DNA of 64,000 nt from a virus, in the IMG/VR virus record IMGVR_UViG_3300002835_000007, positions 25,748-89,747 of that record. One strand, 5' to 3'. Positions 47,178-55,185 of this stretch are shown here, in pieces. The notes beneath the pieces were generated by a model. It ran no database searches, was not told the origin of the DNA, and was given only the letters and a program-made list of their open reading frames with translations. Position 1 is the first letter of the stretch; every line of letters begins with the position of its first letter. A program made the position numbers and the translations under genes.

Positions 47178-48617
47178 TTAATTATTTGGAACGTCAAATG
47201 GTTGACCCCCATAAGTTATTTCTACATGGTCTTGACCATTATTAAAGTCAGAGTTTAAAGCTGCTCTTATTTCTCTAACTATGCTTTCAGCAACATTTCT
47301 ATCAATATCTTTTATCTCTATAGAATTACCAATAGTACTTAAAAGATGGTTTAAAGATGGACGATTCCTCTTTAAACTATTTAAAACACTAATTAATCTA
47401 CTGTTATCTGAATTTAAATCATATAAACTAGATTGTTCACCTATTTTAATTATTAACTTTTGAGCGTTTAATGCATTTGTTATATCGGCATCAATTTCTG
47501 CATTAGTCTTTACTGGTTTGTCTTCACCAACAGCTTTAAGATAATCATAGATACCTATCTCACCACCTTTCTTGAATTTCACAAAGTTTTTTAATAATGA
47601 GTTTGACGCAATTTGTTCATCAAAATATTTATTGTATAAACGTTCTCTCATAGAACTTTCATCTGCTGGTAAAGCTGTTGATGATACTGGAGCGTTAGCA
47701 ACTAAATTTTGAATATAATCTACATCGGTTGAATCTATTTTATCACGTAAAAAACGTAATACTGAAAAATAAGTTTTAATGTTAATAATATCTTCATTGT
47801 CACCCTCTTGAGTTTGTGTTGCAGCTTCTCTTTTTGCTTGTTTTAGTAAATTATCTAAATTATATTGTTTATCATATAAACATAACAAGATTCCTTTTTT
47901 TGAACCAGCAATATTAAGATTATTAATAAAAGTCTGAGTATTATTCTCATATTTTTCACTTTCATCACCAGTCATTTTAGGACGATATTCACCGTCAATT
48001 AATATTGCTCTAAAAATAATTTCATAATAATAATCCAATAATTTTTGAATTTTAACATAATTTCTAACCTCTCTTTCAGAAACTGGTCTATTATTCGAAA
48101 CATAACCTTTTAAAGTGTCTATAGCCCTTTCTCTAGCCTTATCATTATTATCTTCAACTGGAGATGAAAATACCATAATTAGACGATAACCTTTAGCTGC
48201 CATCTCATCAATATATTCACTAGTAGCTTTAGTGTTTGTCGCCATGATTTGTGCTGCTTGAGAGTTTATTGTACCGTAAGTACTAATATTACTCTTTTCA
48301 GTTGTTTTAACACCAAAACTAATACCAATACAATAATCTTTTTCATCCATTTCTTCAATACCAACACGGTCAAATCTATATTCTAGTCTGTTAAAATCAC
48401 TTTTAAAATATTTAGAAATAGTTAATTCCATAGTTACTAAACCATATTGTTCTGTTTTTATTTCATATCTAACGTTTCTATAACCGTCATCTTCATATGA
48501 AATAGTATAAGGTGCTGCTTCACCAATTTCTGTCATTAACATTCTTTCAAAAACAAATTCTTGCTCTAATCTCAAATTGGCTTCACGTATAATCTTCTTT
48601 TTGTCAAATCTTCTCAT
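47178..48617 (-). CDS. paralogue family protein, long form (479 aa)
   Basis: MRRFDKKKIIREANLRLEQEFVFERMLMTEIGEAAPYTI... is near-identical at the 5' nucleotide level to 43712..45151. Core SQAAQIMATNTKATSEY...YRLIMVFSSPVEDN; module RERLYNKYFDEQIASNSLLKNFVKFK...IGIYDYL. Confidence 0.7.
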   Translation of the reverse strand: MRRFDKKKIIREANLRLEQEFVFERMLMTEIGEAAPYTISYEDDGYRNVRYEIKTEQYGLVTMELTISKYFKSDFNRLEYRFDRVGIEEMDEKDYCIGISFGVKTTEKSNISTYGTINSQAAQIMATNTKATSEYIDEMAAKGYRLIMVFSSPVEDNNDKARERAIDTLKGYVSNNRPVSEREVRNYVKIQKLLDYYYEIIFRAILIDGEYRPKMTGDESEKYENNTQTFINNLNIAGSKKGILLCLYDKQYNLDNLLKQAKREAATQTQEGDNEDIINIKTYFSVLRFLRDKIDSTDVDYIQNLVANAPVSSTALPADESSMRERLYNKYFDEQIASNSLLKNFVKFKKGGEIGIYDYLKAVGEDKPVKTNAEIDADITNALNAQKLIIKIGEQSSLYDLNSDNSRLISVLNSLKRNRPSLNHLLSTIGNSIEIKDIDRNVAESIVREIRAALNSDFNNGQDHVEITYGGQPFDVPNN

Positions 48618-48730
48618 TAATAAATTATTTATTTATAAATATAACAAATTATTGTATAAATGGAATATTATTTGTAAATTTGTATCATTAAATTAATATT
48701 TATGACGCAAGAAGAATATAAAGAATTAGT

Positions 48731-48988
48731 ATGGGAAAGATATTAACAGCAGAAGAGTTTTTAATCATTAATGATGATAAAGATTTTAGATTATCAATGT
48801 CGGGTAGATATGTTTCTGAAATGATGATTGCATTTGCTAAAGTTCATGTAGAAGCTGCATTGAAAGAAGCAAGTGAGAATGCTGAAACAGAGGAAGGAAT
48901 AGGTAATCCTTATGACCCAAACGACATATATTATGTAGTAGATAAAGATTCAATCTTAAATAGTTACCCATTAACTAATATAAAATAG
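48731..48988 (+). CDS. hypothetical protein
   Basis: 85 aa ORF; divergent from the minus-strand cassette. Confidence 0.45.
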   Translation: MGKILTAEEFLIINDDKDFRLSMSGRYVSEMMIAFAKVHVEAALKEASENAETEEGIGNPYDPNDIYYVVDKDSILNSYPLTNIK

Positions 48989-49055
48989 TATGGAATATAC
49001 AGAGAAATATACCCCATGGGAATTGAAAGAATTATTGAAAAATGGTAAACTTTAA

Positions 49056-49087
49056 TTTGTTTTATTAAAATATTATTCATACATTTG
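49056..49087 (+). promoter_or_regulatory. Bacteroidota-type promoter (TTTG / 20 nt / TACATTTG)
   Basis: TTTG 49056-49059; TACATTTG 49080-49087; first downstream ATG at 49109. Confidence 0.55.
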
Positions 49088-49108
49088 TATTATAAAATAA
49101 CCAATGAT

Positions 49109-49519
49109 ATGGAAAAATTCGTAACATACGAACAAGCACTAGCACTAAAAGAAATTGGGTATGATAAATACTCATGGTTTGGTATGGAATACTCACTATA
49201 CAAAGCAGATGGTAAACATACTTTCTATGCTAATGGTATTGGTGATGAAACTTATATCTCTGCACCACTTAAATCAGAAGTTATGAATTGGTTTGAAACC
49301 GAACATCAGTTATTTGGCGACATACATACTGATTGTACAACTGAACCTAAGTTTTGTTATGTTGTTAATAAATTCTTTGGCTATCCAAATGATTTAACAG
49401 AAAAAGAATGGCGATGGGAACTTGGAAACTATTCTGTTTTATATAGAACAAGAGAACAAGCACAAAATGAACTTATAGATTATCTAATCGATATTGTTAA
49501 ATATAATTTGGATAAGTAA
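49109..49519 (+). CDS. hypothetical protein
   Basis: Track start 49085 is a TTG inside the -7 promoter box; the first ATG is at 49109 (MEKFVTYEQALALKEIGYDK...). Confidence 0.45.
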   Translation: MEKFVTYEQALALKEIGYDKYSWFGMEYSLYKADGKHTFYANGIGDETYISAPLKSEVMNWFETEHQLFGDIHTDCTTEPKFCYVVNKFFGYPNDLTEKEWRWELGNYSVLYRTREQAQNELIDYLIDIVKYNLDK

Positions 49520-49538
49520 AATATTATTCATACATTTG
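49507..49538 (+). promoter_or_regulatory. Bacteroidota-type promoter (TTTG / 20 nt / TACATTTG)
   Basis: TTTG 49507-49510; TACATTTG 49531-49538; ATG 49558. The block ATATTATTCATACATTTGTATTATAAAAT is shared with 49060-49095. Confidence 0.55.
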
Positions 49539-49557
49539 TATTATAAAATTAAAAGAT

Positions 49558-49860
49558 ATGATGTTAACTTTAAATAAAATAACAGAAAGAATCACTTTAA
49601 TAGTAGAACAATTAAGAGCAACAGATTGGAGAGATGCTATTCCACATTATGAATATGATTTAGCAAAAAGTTTGGAAGCTCAATTGATAATGTTTACTGC
49701 TGGATTTAAAGCATGTCAAGATGCTGTTATATTTGAAGCAAATCATGTGCTTGACCCAGAAACAGAAATCGAAGTTCCCAAACAATGGGAACAATATTTT
49801 GAAAAGGAACAAAAAGAATACCAAGAGTATTTAAGACTTAAAGCAAAATACGAAAAGTAA
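49558..49860 (+). CDS. hypothetical protein
   Basis: 100 aa ORF with its own promoter (49507-49538). Confidence 0.45.
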   Translation: MMLTLNKITERITLIVEQLRATDWRDAIPHYEYDLAKSLEAQLIMFTAGFKACQDAVIFEANHVLDPETEIEVPKQWEQYFEKEQKEYQEYLRLKAKYEK

Positions 49861-49901
49861 AATGTAAAATATTTAAACACTCATTAAAATACTATAACTA
49901 A

Positions 49902-50069
49902 TGTATAAACTACCTATATCAGAATTAAAGCAGATTAAAAACTCTTTAATTCAAACAAATAATTCTTTAATTGAATGTGAAGAAATATTAAAAAATTATA
50001 AGGTCGTTGATTTGATAAAAGAAAATCAACGATTAATAGAGTTACTAACAACTAAATATTACATATGAA
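49902..50069 (+). CDS. small hypothetical protein (55 aa, below track threshold)
   Basis: MYKLPISELKQIKNSLIQTNNSLIECEEILKNYKVVDLIKENQRLIELL... fills a 200-nt gap; the stop overlaps the next ATG (ATGA). Confidence 0.3.
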
Positions 50070-50289
50070 AACATTTAAAAGAAAATACCGAATAGTTAAA
50101 GATGACTATTTAGGATATGAAGTTCAATCACGTATATGGTGGTTTCCTTTCTGGTTGCAATGTAGAAGTAGTATAGGTGCTGCAAATACACACCCTACAA
50201 TTGAAAAGGCTAAAGAATTTATTTATAGACGAGTTAATGGACTCCACACACGTGTGGTAATGGAATACAATCCTCATTTAGAAAAGTAA
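50065..50289 (+). CDS. hypothetical protein
   Basis: 74 aa ORF. Confidence 0.4.
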   Translation: MKTFKRKYRIVKDDYLGYEVQSRIWWFPFWLQCRSSIGAANTHPTIEKAKEFIYRRVNGLHTRVVMEYNPHLEK

Positions 50290-50293
50290 TAGT

Positions 50294-50539
50294 ATGGAAA
50301 ATAATAACATTATAGGTGCAATCTTTGGGATGATTATTGTTGGTTGTTTATTTACACTTATTGGTGTTGATATACATAAAGACTTAACAGTAATCGATAC
50401 TCGTGTGCAAACAATTGATGGCAAAACATATGATTGTACCGAAGCACATGCACATAATAATGGTATGACGTATATAAGAAAACCTTATTATATGCAAATA
50501 CCAACAAAAACTGTTAAACTAATTAAAAGATTAGATTGA
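50294..50539 (+). CDS. small membrane protein
   Basis: 81 aa; N-terminal TM helix. Confidence 0.4.
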   Translation: MENNNIIGAIFGMIIVGCLFTLIGVDIHKDLTVIDTRVQTIDGKTYDCTEAHAHNNGMTYIRKPYYMQIPTKTVKLIKRLD

Positions 50540-50540
50540 T

Positions 50541-50777
50541 ATGAAAAAAGAAACATTAGAAGAAGCTGCTGAAAGACATGACGCAGATAGAGATTCATTT
50601 ATTGCTGGTGCTAAATACATGACTGAAAGAATGTATTCAGAAGAAGAAGTAAGAGCTATGATTGAGAAAGCATTGACTCATAATGATTATAATTTTTGTG
50701 GGTCATTGGTTACAGCACAAGGTGAAATAAGAACTGCCAATTTTGGAATCTGGTTTGAAGAAAATAAAAAGAAATAA
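50541..50777 (+). CDS. hypothetical protein
   Basis: 78 aa ORF. Confidence 0.4.
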   Translation: MKKETLEEAAERHDADRDSFIAGAKYMTERMYSEEEVRAMIEKALTHNDYNFCGSLVTAQGEIRTANFGIWFEENKKK

Positions 50778-50778
50778 G

Positions 50779-50949
50779 ATGAGACATGTTAAATTTACTT
50801 TTCACGATGATGAAATAAAAGAAGGCGTAATCGTTGAAGATGTACACTTCGCTGGTGGGTATAAAGTAATACACGAAAACTGCATCCTAGCACTACACCT
50901 AGTTACAATAATAGAAGAACAAACATCTCAACCCAAAGAAGAAGAATAA
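50779..50949 (+). CDS. small hypothetical protein (56 aa)
   Basis: Track start 50743 is a TTG; ATG at 50779 (MRHVKFTFHDDEIKEG...). Confidence 0.35.
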   Translation: MRHVKFTFHDDEIKEGVIVEDVHFAGGYKVIHENCILALHLVTIIEEQTSQPKEEE

Positions 50950-50952
50950 TCA

Positions 50953-51330
50953 ATGTATAGACAAGAAACAATACTATATAAAGATACATACAATATACAC
51001 ATAACAAAAGACTATGTAGATAATATCCTTATAGAAGAAATTCACTATAATAGAAACAATAGAATAATATATAAGAACAATATTGAATGTGAAGTAAAAT
51101 ATTTCTATGATGTAAATGTAAAATATGAACTACAGTTATCTAAAAATATTAAACAAGAAAATATCTTACGTAAAATAACACAAGATACAAAAAACTTTGG
51201 TAGTGAAAAACATTATATAATAAATGATAACACTTGTACATATTTCTGTACAATGAATAATCATGACGCAATAAAATACATAAAAGAATATATAAAAACA
51301 TATATACTAAAATCTAACAATCTTATATGA
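50953..51330 (+). CDS. hypothetical protein, paralogue of 35648..35998 and 38627..39271
   Basis: 125 aa; MYRQETILYKDTYNIHITKDYVDNILIEEIHYN... Confidence 0.45.
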   Translation: MYRQETILYKDTYNIHITKDYVDNILIEEIHYNRNNRIIYKNNIECEVKYFYDVNVKYELQLSKNIKQENILRKITQDTKNFGSEKHYIINDNTCTYFCTMNNHDAIKYIKEYIKTYILKSNNLI

Positions 51331-51557
51331 ATAATAACGCAAATAAGTATATAAGAAAAAAGTTTAAAGTATTCTTTGGCAATATGAAATCACCCACAAT
51401 GTACGCAGAACTTAATAACGGAAAATATACAAAAACATTCCAGAATGAACATGGTAATATAGTGTCAGATTTTATTACCATAGAAGAATATGCAGCAGCA
51501 CTAGGGCATATCCTCCTAAGAGAAAATGGCTACAAATACTTTGAGAATAAAACATAA
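51327..51557 (+). CDS. hypothetical protein
   Basis: 76 aa ORF; last gene before the 1-kb non-coding region. Confidence 0.4.
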   Translation: MNNNANKYIRKKFKVFFGNMKSPTMYAELNNGKYTKTFQNEHGNIVSDFITIEEYAAALGHILLRENGYKYFENKT

Positions 51558-52270
51558 CTATACTATGTCACATGTATACATACATAACAATTTTTATATG
51601 ACAATACTAATATCATCATATAACTTATACGATAATTTAATAGTAATATAACACCAGTGTACCACATACCCATATACTGTGGGGAACGTAGTTCCCATCA
51701 AGTACAACTTGTACAGATTTCTGTACAAGGTATGGATATGACGTACTTATTTGTACCTACATTAGCACGCAAATATTATGTGGCGATTTTGAGCCAAAAA
51801 ACGGGTTTTTGTGGTAAAAAGTGGTAAATAGTGTAAGTAAATGGTACAAAGAATTAGTAAATGGCGTTTTTTACCTAAAAATAGGGTATGGACATAGATT
51901 TTCCATAGGGGAAAATAAGTTAAAGAAACCTTTATGCCCTTTAAAAACACGCAACCACTTTTTCAGCCGAAATTTACGGACACAATGTTTCACGTGGAAC
52001 ATTACCACAAAAACGTGCATAGTAAGTCAGCCCAGCCCAGTAAAAATATTGGCACAAGTTATTGCCCCTACTTAAAAAAGTAAGGGTATAAATTTATGCA
52101 CCAAATCTCGTGGAAAGGGTGTGCAAATATAATATGTCAAATTTCACTTTGTCATAAGCGTTAAAATTAATATTTAAATTTCAGTATACAAATGTAAGCA
52201 TAATATTTTAATCTACCAAACTTTTTTGCAATTTATAATCATTCTAAATAAGGGTTGTTAAAAAAAGTTT
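51558..52270. other. ~1-kb non-coding region with palindromes and iteron-like direct repeats (candidate replication origin / regulatory hub)
   Basis: No convincing ORF. Perfect palindromes GTACAACTTGTAC (~51702) and TGTACACGTGTACA (~52425). TGGGGAACGTAGTTCCCA inverted repeat. Direct repeats GTGGTAAAAA / GTGGTAAATA / GTAAGTAAATGGTAC / AGTAAATGGCG (51800-51870). Repeated GGTATGGAYAT. Locally higher GC than the flanks. Confidence 0.5.
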
Positions 52271-52360
52271 AGGGTAGGTTGGAGTCTACTCTTCTGAAAC
52301 TTGTTAAGTCAGCACGTATCTCTTTCAAACCTACAATACAAATGTAGGTATAATAAATTT
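52271..52360 (+). repeat. ~90-bp intergenic repeat, copy A (GGTTGGAGTCTACTCTTC...GCACGTATC...CTACAATACAAATGTAG..ATAATAAATT)
   Basis: Shares the GGAGTCTACTCTT core, a CACGTAT motif, the palindrome CCTACAATACAAATGTAGG and an ATAATAAATT box with copies at 53786, 54991 and 59546. Confidence 0.65.
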
Positions 52361-52469
52361 AATATCCTAATAAAAAAAATTTTTTTATTAATTATTTTTT
52401 TATTATATTACACACGCACATATGTACACGTGTACATTTATAGAATAGTGGTATTAAAATTTTTTTTAA

Positions 52470-52540
52470 TTATTTTTTATAAAGTAGTAGGATATTAAAA
52501 AAGTTTATATATCTTTGTAGGGTATTAATCAATTAAAACA
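52470..52540 (+). promoter_or_regulatory. promoter of a distinct class: upstream GTAGTAGGATATTAAAAAAG, -7 TATCTTTG, downstream GTATTAATCAATTAAAAC
   Basis: -7 box TATCTTTG at 52509-52516 with no -33 TTTG. The same extended pattern occurs at 53295-53355, 53930-53985 and 60385-60445. Confidence 0.45.
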
Positions 52541-52547
52541 ATTACAT

Positions 52548-53264
52548 ATGAGTTTGGTATTTAAACACAAAGACACTATTCAAGTTGTTACGTTAGCAAC
52601 AACAAAGAATGACAAAATTGAATCTAATAAGAAACGTAAGATAGTACAAACGTACACGTTTTCTTATAAGCAATTTGAGTTAGTTAAGAAACGTTTTGAA
52701 ACGAATGAAGCAATTGGCATGAAAAACTTTTTTAGTAACGCAGATAGCAATTGTTTGGATTGTCCTTTCAATTCTTATGGCAAATGTTATACACATAAAT
52801 TTAATCAATACGTTGGTTTTATTTCATCTTTAAAAAGTGTATTTAGAAAGTTTGGTAGTATAGACAATATACCTAACTTTGATATTTCAATGTTAGACAA
52901 AGTTACCAAAATGAGCAAAGGTACTTATGTACGTTTCGGAACGTATGGTGAACCAAGTTTGCACCCAATTGAATTAATTCGTTCTATGGTAAAAGTATGC
53001 GACAATTGGACGGGTTATACGCACCAATGGAATAAAACTAATTTAGGTGATTATTTTATGGCAAGTACGCATACAACAAGTGAGCAACAAAGTGCTGAAA
53101 TTTTAGGTTATAGGTCGTTTGTAGCAACTGAAAATAAGTTAGGGTATGTTGGTTGCCCAGCGAGTAAAGAAATGGGTTATAAGTCGAGTTGTAGTGCTTG
53201 TAATTTATGTAGTGGAAAGTTAGGAACTAAAACAAATAAAAGTATAGAAATTATCCTACATTAA
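52548..53264 (+). CDS. hypothetical Cys-rich protein
   Basis: 238 aa; several CxxC pairs (CLDCP...CSACNLCSG). Confidence 0.45.
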   Translation: MSLVFKHKDTIQVVTLATTKNDKIESNKKRKIVQTYTFSYKQFELVKKRFETNEAIGMKNFFSNADSNCLDCPFNSYGKCYTHKFNQYVGFISSLKSVFRKFGSIDNIPNFDISMLDKVTKMSKGTYVRFGTYGEPSLHPIELIRSMVKVCDNWTGYTHQWNKTNLGDYFMASTHTTSEQQSAEILGYRSFVATENKLGYVGCPASKEMGYKSSCSACNLCSGKLGTKTNKSIEIILH

Positions 53265-53294
53265 TGTAGGGTAATTTTTTTTAAAACTTTTTAT

Positions 53295-53355
53295 ATAAAG
53301 TAGTAGGAAATTAAAAAAGAATGTTTATATTTGTAATGTATTAATCAATTAAATA
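53295..53355 (+). promoter_or_regulatory. promoter, GGAAATTAAAAAA / TATATTTG / GTATTAATCAAT class
   Basis: AGTAGGAAATTAAAAAAG 53301-53318; TATATTTG 53326-53333; GTATTAATCAATTAAAT downstream; ATG 53365. Confidence 0.45.
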
Positions 53356-53364
53356 AAATAAATT

Positions 53365-53724
53365 ATGGGACGTTATTATTCGGGTGACATTGAAGGAAAG
53401 TTTTGGTTTGCACTACAATCTTCGGATTGTGCAGATAGGTTTGGTGTAAGTGGACAACAACCAAACATATTAGAGTACTATTACGAAGAAAGTGATTTAG
53501 AAGGTGTGGAAGAAGAAATTGCTAATATTGAGCAAAGTTTGGGTGAACAAATAAAAGTCATAGAAGACTTTTTTAGAACAAACAATGGTTACAATGATAG
53601 TATGTTGGCAGAGGCAAATATTACCACAAGTGAATTAAGTGATTACGCAGATTTATGTTTGGGTATACAAATAAGGGATTGTATAAAAGAAAATGGTGCT
53701 TGTCGTTTTGACGCAGAATGTTAA
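53365..53724 (+). CDS. hypothetical acidic protein
   Basis: 119 aa ORF followed by terminator 53733-53765. Confidence 0.45.
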   Translation: MGRYYSGDIEGKFWFALQSSDCADRFGVSGQQPNILEYYYEESDLEGVEEEIANIEQSLGEQIKVIEDFFRTNNGYNDSMLAEANITTSELSDYADLCLGIQIRDCIKENGACRFDAEC

Positions 53725-53732
53725 AAAATTAT

Positions 53733-53765
53733 CCCCTACTAAAATAGTAGGGGTTTTTGTTTTTA
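53733..53765 (+). terminator. rho-independent terminator
   Basis: CCCCTACTAAAATAGTAGGGG followed by TTTTT. Confidence 0.85.
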
Positions 53766-53785
53766 ATTTTTATTTTTTTTATATG

Positions 53786-53880
53786 GACGTGACGGAGTCT
53801 AGTCTTCCATTCCCACGGCACGTATCGATTATCAATCATCTACAATACAAATGTAGAAATAATAAATTAGATATGCAAGA
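53786..53880 (+). repeat. ~90-bp intergenic repeat, copy B
   Basis: GACGGAGTCTAGTCTTCCATTCCCACGGCACGTATCG...TCTACAATACAAATGTAGAAATAATAAATT; follows terminator 53733-53765. Confidence 0.65.
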
Positions 53881-53933
53881 AAAAAGTGATTAAAAATAAA
53901 AATAATTTTTTTTTCATTATTTTATATAAAAAG

Positions 53934-53985
53934 TTTGGAAATTAAAAAAAAAGCGTTACATTTGTAATGTATTAATAATCTAAAA
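53934..53985 (+). promoter_or_regulatory. promoter, TTTGGAAATTAAAAAAAAG / TACATTTG / GTATTAATAATC class
   Basis: TTTG 53934-53937; TACATTTG 53957-53964; ATG 53996. Confidence 0.5.
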
Positions 53986-53995
53986 AACAAATAAG

Positions 53996-54880
53996 ATGAA
54001 CACACAAGAAAAAGTACAAGAAATTTTAAAGTCTAATGGATTAGATTTTACAATTGAAAAAGCACCTATGATGGCTTTAAATTCTAATGGTATCTATGTA
54101 CCAAGTGAGTATTTCGGTTTGATTAATTCAAGCACGAATGAAGTGATTAACACCGTAAAAGAGGGTTATACGGTATCTCAAAACGAAGAGGTTGTTGAGT
54201 TGGTTATGCGTGGAATTGAACCTTTCGGAAACGATATTCAAGTTACCAAAGGTGGTGCGTTGAATGGTGGACGCAAAGTGTTTTTACAACTTGCTATCAA
54301 TGGTGACGGCAAAGTTAATGGTGACACTATTAAGAAGTATATTACTATCGTGGATAGTAATGACGGCAGTACGGGTCTATCGGTAGGTATTGGTGATTTA
54401 ACTATGAGTTGCAGTAACCAATTTTTTAAGTTCTACAAAAGTGGACAATCTAAATTTCGTCATACGGCAAGTTTGGAACGTAGAATCAAAGAAATTCCTT
54501 TCCTTATTGAAACGGCTTTATCTGAATCATTAAGACAAATTGAAATCTACAATCAATTTGCAAGTACGCAAGTTTCACGTGATTTGGCACACAAAATGGT
54601 TAAACACTTATTAGGGTTTGACAAAGTGTATACAAGTGTAAAAGACTTGTCAGATAAGTCTACACGTAGTATAAACAAAATGGATGCTTTATACAACGCT
54701 ATTGAACGTGAAATGAATAGCAAAGGTGACACGTTGTGGGGTTTACATAGTGGAATTACATATTACACTACACACGAATTGTCAGCACCAAAACGTGACA
54801 ATGGTAAAGTTGAAACTTTGTTACAAGGAACGGGTTACAATATGAACCAAGCAAGTTTGGAATTTGCTTTAAATTACTAA
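53996..54880 (+). CDS. hypothetical protein (possibly DUF932 / phage-plasmid TIGR03299-like)
   Basis: 294 aa; N-terminal LKSNGLDFTIEKAPMMA...; the family call is from memory only. Confidence 0.4.
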   Translation: MNTQEKVQEILKSNGLDFTIEKAPMMALNSNGIYVPSEYFGLINSSTNEVINTVKEGYTVSQNEEVVELVMRGIEPFGNDIQVTKGGALNGGRKVFLQLAINGDGKVNGDTIKKYITIVDSNDGSTGLSVGIGDLTMSCSNQFFKFYKSGQSKFRHTASLERRIKEIPFLIETALSESLRQIEIYNQFASTQVSRDLAHKMVKHLLGFDKVYTSVKDLSDKSTRSINKMDALYNAIEREMNSKGDTLWGLHSGITYYTTHELSAPKRDNGKVETLLQGTGYNMNQASLEFALNY

Positions 54881-54888
54881 CAAAGTTA

Positions 54889-54913
54889 CAAGGGGGTTAT
54901 CAACACCCCCTTG
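54889..54913 (+). terminator. hairpin (probable terminator)
   Basis: CAAGGGGGTTATCAACACCCCCTTG immediately after the stop of 53996..54880. Confidence 0.6.
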
Positions 54914-54990
54914 TAAATAACTTTATTTGCAAAGGTCGAATTTATTTTGTACCTTTGCAAATTTTTTTCTTATATGGTAAAAAAAATATA

Positions 54991-55078
54991 AGGTAGGTTG
55001 GAGTCTACTCTTTCAAGATTTCCCTCGACCCGTTTCGGTTATCACCACCAACAAAACAAAGGTAGGGATAATATATTT
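54991..55078 (+). repeat. ~90-bp intergenic repeat, copy C (more diverged)
   Basis: AGGTAGGTTGGAGTCTACTCTTTC...CCCGTTTCGG...AACAAAGGTAGGGATAATATATTT; follows hairpin 54889-54913. Confidence 0.55.
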
Positions 55079-55130
55079 AAAAAACAAACTTTTGTTGCAT
55101 AAAAAAAAATAATTATTTTCTCACAAAATA

Positions 55131-55161
55131 GTTGCAGAATTAAAAATAATGTTTATCTTTG
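55131..55161 (+). promoter_or_regulatory. promoter (-7 TATCTTTG 55154-55161, weak -33 GTTG)
   Basis: GCAGAATTAAAAATAATG upstream element; ATG 55186. Confidence 0.45.
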
Positions 55162-55185
55162 TAGGGAACAATAAAACAAAACACA

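Noticed and set aside
48618-48730. Canonical TTTG/TAnnTTTG promoter for the minus-strand paralogue operon
   Set aside because: The reverse complement has only near-matches (for example TAATTTG) with wrong spacing. The operon may use a different promoter class, so I did not annotate one.
7205-53893. Plus-strand nested or out-of-frame ORFs (7205-7411, 9916-10116, 31313-31534, 37333-37518, 43976-44173, 46846-47181, 47281-47463, 51821-52075, 52301-52498, 53693-53893)
   Set aside because: They are fully contained in other genes or in the non-coding repeat regions. 43976-44173 is the low-complexity antisense of the ER/K-rich segment. 52301-52498 and 53693-53893 run through promoter and repeat DNA.
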